Under the pieces are notes generated by a model, which saw only the letters and a list, made by a program, of their open reading frames with translations, searched no databases and had not been told where the DNA came from. From Nitratidesulfovibrio vulgaris str. Hildenborough (GTDB taxonomy: Bacteria > Desulfobacterota > Desulfovibrionia > Desulfovibrionales > Desulfovibrionaceae), in contig NC_002937.3 of NCBI RefSeq assembly GCF_000195755.1, positions 1,410,001-1,442,000 on the forward strand: a DNA stretch of 32,000 bases. Reading direction: 5' to 3'. A program made the translations under genes and the position numbers. This document shows positions 9,083-17,611 of the stretch, piece by piece. The number at the start of each line of letters is the position of its first letter. Position 1 is the stretch's first letter.

Positions 9083-9889
9083 TCAGGCTTCCGGGGGCTG
9101 TTGGGGGAAGATGGAGGTCATGGACTGGATGAACGAGCCCATGGGGCATGTCGGGTCATGTTGCCCGTAGAGCATCTGAAGCATGTCGCGCGTGAGACCG
9201 CCGCCCCTGCCGACGAGTACGGAACGGTTCACGAACGCCACAGAGGTGAAGCCCGTGCTGGCAAGGCTGAGGTCGTGGCTGACCACCACGATGGTGCGCG
9301 GGCCGTGCAGCCCCCCGAGGAACTCATAGAAGCAGAACTTGCCCTGCGGGTCGATGGAGGCCGTTGGTTCGTCAAGCAGCAGAAGTTCCGGGTCGCCCAT
9401 GAGTGCGCGGGCTACCACTGCCCGTTGTCGCTGCCCTCCGGAAAGCCTGCCGAAGGGTCTGTCGTCGAAGCCATCGAGGCCGACCTGCTGCAGGACAGTA
9501 CGGGCCTTGTCCACGGATGCCCGGTCGCGAATCCAGTGTCTGCCGACAAGCCCGTGGTGCATCCCCGCCATACCCATAAGGACGGCATCGAGCACTGTGA
9601 CGGGAAAGTCGAGCCTCGCTCCTGTGTACTGGGGTACGTAGCCGATGCGTGATAACGCCTGCGCTGGCGGGCCGCCGAACATCTCTACACGGCCGGTACG
9701 GGGCTTGAGCAGGCCAAGCATGAGTTTGAGCAGGGTGGTCTTGCCCCCGCCGTTGGGGCCCAGCACGGCGAGATAGTCGCCGTGCCCGACTTCGAAGGTC
9801 ACTCCTTCGAGAACGCGCGACTCGCCATAGGCGAACGATACGTCATCGAAACGTATGACGGGTGAGCGGGTTGGGGTCGTGTCGGTCAT
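9083..9889 (-). CDS. znuC: Zinc ABC transporter ATP-binding protein
   Basis: Walker A GPNGGGKTT, signature LSGGQRQR, Walker B LLLLDEP. I chose the ATG at 9889 (MTDTTPTRSPVIRFDDVSF), 2 nt after the znuA stop. The track's 93-aa Arg/His/Pro-rich extension overlaps znuA and is rejected. Confidence 0.9.
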   Translation of the reverse strand: MTDTTPTRSPVIRFDDVSFAYGESRVLEGVTFEVGHGDYLAVLGPNGGGKTTLLKLMLGLLKPRTGRVEMFGGPPAQALSRIGYVPQYTGARLDFPVTVLDAVLMGMAGMHHGLVGRHWIRDRASVDKARTVLQQVGLDGFDDRPFGRLSGGQRQRAVVARALMGDPELLLLDEPTASIDPQGKFCFYEFLGGLHGPRTIVVVSHDLSLASTGFTSVAFVNRSVLVGRGGGLTRDMLQMLYGQHDPTCPMGSFIQSMTSIFPQQPPEA

Positions 9890-9891
9890 GT

Positions 9892-10899
9892 TCAACGCCC
9901 CGTCGCCTGCGCCAGTGCCTTTGCGGTGCGTTCGAGGTTGGCGGCCCAGTCTTCGGCGAGGGGGTCGGCATCCACGAGGCGGGCACCGATTTCGGTGGCG
10001 ATGGTCTGGGCTGCACGGCGTGAGAACTGCGGCTGCACGAAGATGGTCGTGATGCGCTCGCGCCGGGCGAGGTCGATGATGGCACGCAACTGCCGGGGCG
10101 AGGGTTCGCGCCCTTCGACCTCGATGCTCAGTTCGGTGAGACCGTAGTTGTGTGCGAAGTAGTTCCATGAGGGGTGGAAGACGAGAAAGCGCCGCCTGTC
10201 CTGGGGCAGGGCTGCGAACAGGTCGGCGAACTTCTTGTCCATGGCGTCGATGTCGGCGGCGAACCGGTCGTAGTTGGCGCGATAGGTGGCGGCATGGGCA
10301 GGGTCGGCCTTGGCGAGCGCGTCACGGATGGCAAGCGACATGTGGCGCACCAGCATGGGCGACAGCCAGACATGCGGGTCGGTCGTACCGTGGTCGTGTC
10401 CATGCCCGTCGGCGTGGGCATGGTGGTCCTCATGATGCTCTTTGCCCTCTGCGTGTTCGGCCTCATCGCTGTGAAGCGGTGCCGCGGCGGGAAGCAGGGT
10501 CACCCCCTTGTGCATGGGAACGACGGAGAGTGAGGGCCCGGCTGCGGCCACGATACGCGCCAGCCATGCGTCTTCGAAGGGCGCCCCTATGGAGAAGTAG
10601 ATGCGCGAACCCGAAAGGCCGCGCAACTGGCTGGGCTTGGGTTCGTAGGTGTGCGGGTCCGCACCGGGCGGGACCATGACGGTGGTCCTGACAAGGTCGC
10701 CGCCGATACGCTCGACGAAGTACTTCTGCGGCGGGATGCTGACACTGATTTGCAATGGGGCATCTGCGGCACTGACGATGACCGGCGTCACCATGGTGAG
10801 GCATAGTGCGAGGGCAAGCACGGCGAGCACTCCGAGAGCATGGGCAGAGGAGTGGGCTGCTGCGGGCTTCGTGGCGTTCATGCGCTGAAGGGTCTTCAT
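9892..10899 (-). CDS. znuA: Periplasmic zinc-binding protein (cluster 9 / TroA-like SBP) with a His-rich loop
   Basis: Signal peptide, then the SBP fold sequence (SIPPQKYFVERIGG, DPHTYEP, DPHVWLSP) and a ZnuA-type acidic His-rich loop HSDEAEHAEGKEHHEDHHAHADGHGHDHG. AGGAG RBS 7 nt upstream of the ATG at 10899. Confidence 0.9.
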   Translation of the reverse strand: MKTLQRMNATKPAAAHSSAHALGVLAVLALALCLTMVTPVIVSAADAPLQISVSIPPQKYFVERIGGDLVRTTVMVPPGADPHTYEPKPSQLRGLSGSRIYFSIGAPFEDAWLARIVAAAGPSLSVVPMHKGVTLLPAAAPLHSDEAEHAEGKEHHEDHHAHADGHGHDHGTTDPHVWLSPMLVRHMSLAIRDALAKADPAHAATYRANYDRFAADIDAMDKKFADLFAALPQDRRRFLVFHPSWNYFAHNYGLTELSIEVEGREPSPRQLRAIIDLARRERITTIFVQPQFSRRAAQTIATEIGARLVDADPLAEDWAANLERTAKALAQATGR

Positions 10900-11090
10900 G
10901 AGGGAACTCCTGTTCGTTGCACCGGGTAAGTCGTGTGCGAAGATTGTCGCAATGATGCCGTTCTATCCGAATGAACGGGGTATTGCACAGGGGCAGCGGG
11001 CAAGGTTCGCCCGGTTGCCGGATACGTCAGGAAAACCTTGTCTTGTATCTTCGGTCGTTGCGTTCGAAGGGGCAACCGTGCTGTACGTTC

Positions 11091-11116
11091 CATCATATGA
11101 TGCAACACTGTTGCAT
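11091..11116. promoter_or_regulatory. Two abutting perfect palindromes; candidate Fur-family (Zur) operator in the znuA / ispG divergent region
   Basis: CATCATATGATG (11091-11102) and ATGCAAC-ACT-GTTGCAT (11100-11116, 7-3-7 inverted repeat), read directly from the sequence. On the minus strand a TATGAT -10-like hexamer (11097-11092) immediately follows the 17-mer. The cognate regulator zur is encoded in the adjacent operon. Confidence 0.55.
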
Positions 11117-11229
11117 CTTGAGTCCTATGACCGAAGGCCCCGGCTGTCAACCTCGCAGGTATGCTTGGCTTGCCGGGTGAAATGCAGTATGTACCCGGCA
11201 TCCATTCACCCAATGAAGGACCGCGCCCC

Positions 11230-12321
11230 ATGACCATCCAACGCAAGCAGACCCGCGAGGTGCGCATAGGCAAGGTGCGTATCGGCGGTGCCAATCCCGT
11301 TGTCGTGCAGAGCATGACCAACACCGACACGCGGGACGTCGAGCAGACTGTCGAGCAGATACGCCAATTGCAGGAAGCCGGCTGCGAGATCGTACGTCTC
11401 GCCGTCCTCAACGAGGACGCGGCATGGGCCATCAAGCCCATCCGGTCGCAGGTTTCCGTACCGCTGGTCGCTGACATCCATTTCGACCACAGGCTCGCCG
11501 TCTCCGCCCTCGAGGCGGGAGTGGACGCCCTGCGCATCAACCCCGGCAACATCGGAACGAGGGCTGCGGTCGACCGCGTGGTGGACGCCGCCAAGGCCCA
11601 TAACGCCGTCATCCGCATCGGCGTGAACTCGGGCTCGCTGGAGACCGACCTCATCGACCAGTATGGCGGGCCCACTCCCGAAGCCATGGTGGAGAGTGCG
11701 TTCCGTCACATCAGGATGCTCGAGGATCGCAATTTCGGCGACATCAAAGTCTCGCTCAAATCCTCGTCCGTGTCGCGTTGTATCGAAGCGTATACGCTGC
11801 TTTCCGCGAAGTGCGACTACCCGCTGCATATCGGCGTCACTGAAGCCGGTACGGTGCTGCGTGGTTCCATCAAGTCTGCTGTCGGGCTCGGTGTCCTGCT
11901 GTGGCAGGGCATCGGCGATACCCTGCGGGTGTCGCTCACCAGCGACCCCGTGGCCGAGATGGCGGTGGCGTGGGAGATACTCCGCTCACTCGGGTTGCGC
12001 TCGCGGGGGCCTGAGATCATCGCCTGTCCCACCTGTGGTCGCTGTGAGATAGGACTCATCGCCCTCGCGGAAGAGGTCGAGCGACGTCTCGAAGGCGAGA
12101 CGGAGAGCTTCAAGGTGGCGGTGATGGGGTGTGTGGTCAATGGCCCCGGAGAGGCGCGCGAGGCCGACCTCGGCATCGCGGGCGGGCGCGACAAGGGCAT
12201 CATCTTCCGCAAGGGTGAGATTGTGCGCACCGTCAAGGGCGGCTCGAACCTGCTTGCCGCCTTCATGGAAGAACTCGACACTTTTCTGGCCCACCGCAGG
12301 GCCGAACGTAAGGATGACTGA
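11230..12321 (+). CDS. ispG: 4-hydroxy-3-methylbut-2-en-1-yl diphosphate synthase (MEP pathway)
   Basis: 363 aa from the ATG at 11230 ([20 protein letters not shown]), AAGGA RBS upstream. GcpE signatures [26 protein letters not shown] and the C-terminal CPTCGRC Fe-S motif. The earlier track start (11161) adds a non-conserved extension. Confidence 0.95.
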   Translation: MTIQRKQTREVRIGKVRIGGANPVVVQSMTNTDTRDVEQTVEQIRQLQEAGCEIVRLAVLNEDAAWAIKPIRSQVSVPLVADIHFDHRLAVSALEAGVDALRINPGNIGTRAAVDRVVDAAKAHNAVIRIGVNSGSLETDLIDQYGGPTPEAMVESAFRHIRMLEDRNFGDIKVSLKSSSVSRCIEAYTLLSAKCDYPLHIGVTEAGTVLRGSIKSAVGLGVLLWQGIGDTLRVSLTSDPVAEMAVAWEILRSLGLRSRGPEIIACPTCGRCEIGLIALAEEVERRLEGETESFKVAVMGCVVNGPGEAREADLGIAGGRDKGIIFRKGEIVRTVKGGSNLLAAFMEELDTFLAHRRAERKDD

Positions 12322-14045
12322 TGCGCTGGAGCAGATGTTACATACCCACCCTCAAGGAAGCCCCCTCCGACGCGGAGGTTGTGAGCCACAAACTGCTGGT
12401 GCGCGCGGGCATGATCCGCAAGCTCACCTCGGGCATCTACACCTTCATGCCGATGGGCCTTCGGGCTCTCAACAAGGTGGCCGCCATCGTCCGCGAAGAG
12501 ATGAACAGGGCAGGGGCGCAGGAAGTGCTCATGCCCATGGTGCAGCCTGCCGACCTGTGGCAGGAGACGGGGCGCTGGGAGTTCTACGGCAAGGAGCTTC
12601 TGCGCTTCCGCGACCGTAACGACCGCGACTACTGCCTCGGCCCCACGCATGAGGAGGTCATCACCGACCTCGTGCGCGGCGAGGTGCGCTCGTATCGCCA
12701 GTTGCCCATCAACCTGTACCAGATTCAGACCAAGTTCCGCGACGAGATTCGTCCGCGCTTCGGTCTCATGCGCGGTCGTGAGTTCGTCATGAAGGACGCC
12801 TACTCCTTCGACCGCGACCAGTCCGGGTGCGACGAAAGCTACAAGGCCATGTATGCGGCCTACCAGCGCATCTTCAGCAGACTCGGTCTGCGTTTCCGTG
12901 CCGTCGAGGCCGACTCCGGTTCCATCGGCGGCAGCTTCTCCCATGAGTTCATGGTACTCGCCGATACGGGCGAAGACACGCTCGCCGTGTGCACGGCGTG
13001 CGAATACGCCGCCAACGTGGAGCGTGCCGAAGTGACGGGCACACCCTGCACTCGTCCCGCCGCCGCAGCGCTCGCAGAAGTGCCCACCCCCGGTGCCCAT
13101 ACCATCGAAGAGGTGTCCGCCTTCCTCGGCGTGCCCGCCGACATGCTGGTGAAGACGCTGCTCTTCGTGGCAGATGGCGAGCCCGTGGCTGCTCTCGTGC
13201 GTGGCGACCGCGAACTCAACGAGGTCAAGCTCAAGAACCTTCTGGGTGCGGATTCGCTCGAACTCGCCACGCCCGAACAGGTCGAGGCATGGACGGGCGC
13301 TCCCGTCGGCTTTGCCGGGCCCGTGGGCCTGCATGGCGTCAAGCGCGTCTTCGCAGACACCGAACTGAAGGGTGACGCGGGCTGGATCGTCGGTGCCAAC
13401 AAGGCCGATACGCATCTTCGTGAGGTGAGCCTCACCCGCGACGCCGCCATCGAAGCCTACGCAGACCTGCGCATGATCACCGCTTCCGACCCCTGCCCGC
13501 GTTGCGGCGGGGCCGTCGAACTGCCCAAGGGCATCGAAGTGGGCCATGTGTTCAAGCTGGGCCTCAAGTACAGCAAGTCCATGAATGCCACCTTCCTCGA
13601 CGAGAACGGCAAGGAGCAGGTCATGGTGATGGGCTGCTACGGCATCGGCGTCTCCCGCGTGGTGGCGTCGTGCATCGAGCAGAACAACGACGGCGACGGC
13701 ATCGTCTTTCCGCCGCCCATCGCCCCCTACGAGGTCGCCCTGTTGCTGCTCGACCCCAAGAACGAAGAGGCGGCGGCCAAGGCTGCCGAGATCGAATCGT
13801 TCCTCGAAGCCGAAGGGCACGACGTGCTGCTCGACGACCGTGACGAACGCCCCGGCGTCAAGTTCAAGGACGCCGACCTCATAGGCTCACCCTACCAGCT
13901 TGTGCTGGGTGGCAAGGGGCTTGCCCGCGGCGTGGTCGAGGCCAAGAACCGTCGTTCCGGCGAAAAGACCGAACTCCCTGTCGAGGGCTTCGCCGAAGCG
14001 TTCCGTGACTGGCGCGCCGGCGTGCTCAAGGGCTGGGGACTCTAG
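12321..14045 (+). CDS. proS: Prolyl-tRNA synthetase (bacterial type with INS editing domain)
   Basis: 574 aa. N-terminus [34 protein letters not shown] is classic ProRS, and class II motifs are present ([26 protein letters not shown]). The ATG overlaps the ispG stop by 1 nt (TGATG). Confidence 0.97.
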   Translation: MRWSRCYIPTLKEAPSDAEVVSHKLLVRAGMIRKLTSGIYTFMPMGLRALNKVAAIVREEMNRAGAQEVLMPMVQPADLWQETGRWEFYGKELLRFRDRNDRDYCLGPTHEEVITDLVRGEVRSYRQLPINLYQIQTKFRDEIRPRFGLMRGREFVMKDAYSFDRDQSGCDESYKAMYAAYQRIFSRLGLRFRAVEADSGSIGGSFSHEFMVLADTGEDTLAVCTACEYAANVERAEVTGTPCTRPAAAALAEVPTPGAHTIEEVSAFLGVPADMLVKTLLFVADGEPVAALVRGDRELNEVKLKNLLGADSLELATPEQVEAWTGAPVGFAGPVGLHGVKRVFADTELKGDAGWIVGANKADTHLREVSLTRDAAIEAYADLRMITASDPCPRCGGAVELPKGIEVGHVFKLGLKYSKSMNATFLDENGKEQVMVMGCYGIGVSRVVASCIEQNNDGDGIVFPPPIAPYEVALLLLDPKNEEAAAKAAEIESFLEAEGHDVLLDDRDERPGVKFKDADLIGSPYQLVLGGKGLARGVVEAKNRRSGEKTELPVEGFAEAFRDWRAGVLKGWGL

Positions 14046-14052
14046 CCATGTG

Positions 14053-14086
14053 GCGGGTCGGCGTTACGGCGTCGACCCGCTTTCCT
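14053..14086 (+). terminator. Hairpin between proS and xseA (weak terminator or attenuator candidate)
   Basis: 11-bp stem GCGGGTCGGCG / CGTCGACCCGC with one G-T wobble and a 6-nt loop, followed by TTTCCT. It ends only 6 nt before the xseA ATG, so it may modulate read-through rather than terminate fully. Confidence 0.4.
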
Positions 14087-14091
14087 GATCC

Positions 14092-15489
14092 ATGAGCAGG
14101 GTATTCACGGTGCGGGAACTCACCCGCGCCATCCGCGACGCCATAGAGGGCGGTTTTCCCTATGTATGGGTGCAGGGACAGGTCTCCAACCTTTCCCGCC
14201 CGTCATCGGGCCATCTGTATTTCACGCTCAAGGATGAAGAGGCGGCCCTCAACTGCGTCTGGTTCCGTGGTAGCCAGCGCGATGCCGAGACCTTCGACCC
14301 GCTCACGGGCGAAGTGTTCGAGGACGGGCCGCGCCCCGGACTTTCGCGTACGGTCCGCAACGGGCAGGAACTGCTCTGTGCGGGCAGGCTCACGGTGTAT
14401 GCCCCTCGCGGGGGCTACCAGCTTGTGGTCGAGATGGCGCAGGACGCAGGACTCGGCAGGCTGCACCTTGCCTTCGAGGAACTCAAGCGTCGCCTTTCGG
14501 CCAAGGGCTATTTCGCCGTCGAACGCAAGCGCCCCCTGCCGCGCAGCCCGCGTCGTGTCGCGGTGGTGACCGCACCGCGCGGGGCCGCCATCCACGACTT
14601 CCTGCGCATCGCCGGAGAGCGTGGGGTCGGCTGCGAGATACGCATCCACCCCGTCCCGGTACAGGGTGCCGAAGCACCACCACGGATAGCCGCCGCCATC
14701 GCCGAGGCGGGGCGGCTTGGCTGTGCCGAGGTCATCGTCGTCATACGTGGCGGCGGTTCCCTTGAGGATTTGTGGGCCTTCAACGACGAGGCCGTGGCCG
14801 ACGCCATCTACGCATCGCCCGTTCCCGTGCTTGCCGGGGTGGGGCACGAGGTCGATTTCACCATGGCGGACATGACCGCCGACGTACGTGCGGCGACGCC
14901 TTCCCATGCTGCACAGCTGTTGTGGCGTGAACGCCGCGAGTTCGTGCAGGGACTGGATGAACTGGAGATGCGCCTCTCGCGTGCGTTCGACCGTGCCTTC
15001 ACGACCGGAGAGGGCCGCCTCGCGGCCTTGGAGCGCGCCCTTGGCTGGCTTTCCCCTGTACGCGCTCTCGACCGGTACGATGAGCGCTTCGCGGAGTCCG
15101 CTTCGCGACTGGCACGTGCGTGGGAAGCGGGTTCCCGTCTGCGCTCGCAGCGTGTAGAGCAACTTGTCGCCGCTCTTCGGCACAGCTTCGGACCGGAGGC
15201 TCTTGAAAAACGGCAAGCGCGGTTGCAGACTTTACACGCCAGCCTCATCCATGCCGGTCAGACGCAGTTGAACACCGTTGAGCGGCGGGTAGAGAATCTG
15301 GGAGTGCGCCTTGCAGCGCTCGACCCCGAAGCCCCGTTGCAGCGCGGGTATAGTCTTGTTCGCGGCCCCGATGGGCGTTTTTTGAAGAGCATACGTGAAG
15401 CAGCCCCCGGTCAGAGACTGGACATCGTGCTTCATGATGGCGAGGTGGGTACTGTCGTTACGTCGGTCAGGGAGCGCGATGATGTATAG
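14092..15489 (+). CDS. xseA: Exodeoxyribonuclease VII large subunit
   Basis: 465 aa with an N-terminal OB fold (VWVQGQVSNLSRPSSGHLYFTLKDE), the catalytic region (VVTAPRGAAIHDF, RGGGSLEDLWAFNDE, GHEVDFT) and a long C-terminal coiled region. Confidence 0.93.
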   Translation: MSRVFTVRELTRAIRDAIEGGFPYVWVQGQVSNLSRPSSGHLYFTLKDEEAALNCVWFRGSQRDAETFDPLTGEVFEDGPRPGLSRTVRNGQELLCAGRLTVYAPRGGYQLVVEMAQDAGLGRLHLAFEELKRRLSAKGYFAVERKRPLPRSPRRVAVVTAPRGAAIHDFLRIAGERGVGCEIRIHPVPVQGAEAPPRIAAAIAEAGRLGCAEVIVVIRGGGSLEDLWAFNDEAVADAIYASPVPVLAGVGHEVDFTMADMTADVRAATPSHAAQLLWRERREFVQGLDELEMRLSRAFDRAFTTGEGRLAALERALGWLSPVRALDRYDERFAESASRLARAWEAGSRLRSQRVEQLVAALRHSFGPEALEKRQARLQTLHASLIHAGQTQLNTVERRVENLGVRLAALDPEAPLQRGYSLVRGPDGRFLKSIREAAPGQRLDIVLHDGEVGTVVTSVRERDDV

Positions 15490-16432
15490 CCTGCTTTCAG
15501 GGGTGCCGCGCCTCTTCATGTCTGCCGGGCGATACCGGCCTTGCGGCTTTCGCAGGGCGGCATACGCTGCGCTGGTGTTCGTCGTGTGTTGTTGCCTAGC
15601 CGCCACGTCCCAGCGGGTACGCGCTGCCGATGCGCTGACGGTGTCGCTTCCCGATGCGGTCGGCGATGGAACCGCCGTGCATGTCGTCGTCACAAGTGCA
15701 AGCCCGGTGAAGGACTTCATCTTCACATGGGGGAAGGGGACGTTCGTGGTTCCCGCATTTGTGGAGGCATCCGTATGGAAGGCGCAGCTGTTGCTTCCCG
15801 TGGCGCTTGACGCCGCCCCCGGTGTGCGTTCGTTCTCCGTCCGTCGAGGTGACGAGGCCGAAAGCTGGGCCGTGCGTCGTCAGGTGCAGGTGCAGCGTGT
15901 CGAGTACCCGGTGCAGAAGTTGACTGTTGCCGGGCGGTACGTGAACCTTCCGAAGGCGACACTGGCACGCCATGAAGCCGAACGCCAGCGGGTGCGCGAG
16001 ATTCTGGGGCGGTTCACGCCCGAGGTGCACTGGCGTCTGCCTTTCAAGCGTCCGGTACCCGGCGAGGTCTCCAGCGACTTCGGGTTACGTCGCGAGTTCA
16101 ACGGTGAGCGTCGTGCGCCGCATCGAGGTCTCGACCTGCGCGGAGGCGAGGGCGACAGCGTTCGTGCGTGCGCCGCAGGGCGTGTCATGCTTGCCGAAGA
16201 GCATTATTTTTCCGGTAACGTGGTCTACATCGACCATGGTCTCGGCGTGGTGAGCAGCTATATGCATCTTTCCGCCTTCTCGGTTCGTCCCGGTGACATG
16301 GTCTCCGCCGGGGACGAGGTGGGCAAGGTGGGCAAGACGGGCCGCGTGACAGGGCCGCATCTGCATTTCGGTCTCGCCGTACTCGGTGAGAGCATCGCCC
16401 CCTTACCGCTGCTTGAAGGCGGCGTATACTAG
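15479..16432 (+). CDS. M23 (LytM-type) metallopeptidase with an N-terminal signal/anchor
   Basis: The ATG ATG at 15479/15482 overlaps the last 11 nt of xseA, with a GGGAG RBS just upstream. Hydrophobic N-terminus [16 protein letters not shown]. Intact catalytic motifs HRGLD (HxxxD) and PHLHF (HxH), with [13 protein letters not shown] between them. Confidence 0.88.
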   Translation: MMYSLLSGVPRLFMSAGRYRPCGFRRAAYAALVFVVCCCLAATSQRVRAADALTVSLPDAVGDGTAVHVVVTSASPVKDFIFTWGKGTFVVPAFVEASVWKAQLLLPVALDAAPGVRSFSVRRGDEAESWAVRRQVQVQRVEYPVQKLTVAGRYVNLPKATLARHEAERQRVREILGRFTPEVHWRLPFKRPVPGEVSSDFGLRREFNGERRAPHRGLDLRGGEGDSVRACAAGRVMLAEEHYFSGNVVYIDHGLGVVSSYMHLSAFSVRPGDMVSAGDEVGKVGKTGRVTGPHLHFGLAVLGESIAPLPLLEGGVY

Positions 16433-16443
16433 GGAGACTGCCC

Positions 16444-16689
16444 GTGGCAGGACGCAAGAAGGCGGCGGATTTCGAGCAGCAGCTCGCCCGCCTGCAAGAG
16501 ATAGTGGATGCCCTTGAAGGCGGTGACCTGCCGCTGGAGAAGAGCGTCGCCCTCTACAAGGAAGGACTTGGGCTCGCCCGCGCTTCTCGAGAGCAGCTGG
16601 CGAAAGCCCGTAACGAGATACGCCTGTTCACCGAGGGCGAAGTCAGGGATTTCGATCCGGAGGAAGGGGACGATGGCGACGACCGCTGA
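16444..16689 (+). CDS. xseB: Exodeoxyribonuclease VII small subunit
   Basis: 81 aa with a GTG start and AGGGAG RBS 7 nt upstream. Typical XseB sequence [43 protein letters not shown]. Confidence 0.9.
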
Positions 16690-17572
16690 CCTCAAGGCCC
16701 GTCTGCGGATGCAGGCGGCGCGCGTCGAAGGCTACCTTGCCACTTGCCTTGCAGGGCGGGGTATTCCCCCTCGTCTGCAAAGTGCCATGGAATACAGCCT
16801 TCTAGCGGGTGGCAAACGCCTTCGGCCTGTGCTCTGCCTCTCGACGGCTGGCATGACCGGGCTCGACCCCATGTCGGTGATGCCGTTCGCTGCAGCCATC
16901 GAGCTCATCCACACCTATTCGCTCATCCATGACGACCTGCCTGCCATGGACGATGACGACCTGCGCAGAGGTCGTCCCTCCAACCATCGCCAGTTCGATG
17001 AGGCGACCGCCATCCTCGCTGGTGACGGCCTGCTGACCGATGCCTTCGACCTCATGGCTTCGGTGGGCGGGGGCATCCCCGCGGGGCACGTGCTCGCAGC
17101 CTTGCGCGAAGTGTCGTCTGCCGCAGGGTCGTCCGGCATGGTTGGCGGGCAGGCTCTCGACATGGACTATACCGGTCGGGATGACATCGACCTAGCCGCC
17201 TTGCGTACCATGCACGCCATGAAGACCGGGGCTCTCATCCGCTGTTCGTGCGTCGCGGGTGCGCTGCTCGGTGGCGCACCGGCTTCCGCCGTAGAGCAGG
17301 TCGCGGGGTATGGTGCCGCCATCGGCGCGGCGTTCCAGATCGTCGACGACATCCTCGACGAGACGGGCGACGAGGCGCAACTCGGCAAGCCCGTGGGCAG
17401 CGACGTGGAGCAGGGCAAGGTGACCTATCCTTCGCTGCTCGGCATCGAACGCAGCCGGGCCCTGGCGCAGGAACAGGCAGACATTGCCGTGACGTGTCTC
17501 GCAGATTTCGAGGGCGAGGATGCAGACTTCCTTCGCGCTCTCGCCCAGTATATTGTTGATCGCGTCTCTTGA
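16673..17572 (+). CDS. ispA: (2E,6E)-farnesyl/geranyl diphosphate synthase (short-chain trans-prenyltransferase)
   Basis: 299 aa from the ATG at 16673 (GGAGGAAGGGGA upstream), overlapping the xseB end by 17 nt. First Asp-rich motif [16 protein letters not shown] and second motif FQIVDDILD. Conserved xseB-ispA-dxs order. Confidence 0.9.
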
Positions 17573-17611
17573 CGCAGCGGCGGGGCTTCCTCCGCACTGA
17601 CAGGATGGCAC

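Noticed and set aside
10896-11096. A 66-codon ORF in the znuA leader (MMERTARLPLRTQRPK...) that starts right after the palindromes and ends in an ATGA overlap with the znuA start. This would look like a coupled leader peptide.
   Set aside because: By my hand count only about half of its third codon positions are G/C, whereas real genes here are strongly GC3-biased. The peptide is Arg/Thr/Pro-rich with no hydrophobic core and no RBS. I treat it as non-coding leader, though ribosome profiling could revisit this.
11817-13820. Very long antisense ORFs: 667 aa opposite proS. Similar cases are 17765..19174 opposite dxs, 22439..23992 and 21014..22408 opposite dnaE, 3108..4010 and 4146..5060 opposite lon, 14203..15216 opposite xseA, 28963..29862 opposite galE, and 10896..11687 opposite ispG.
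   Set aside because: These are typical high-GC shadow ORFs. They lie exactly opposite strongly recognisable conserved genes. Their translations are Arg/Gly/Ala/His/Asp-rich low-information sequence with no recognisable motifs. They have no RBS or sensible operon context.
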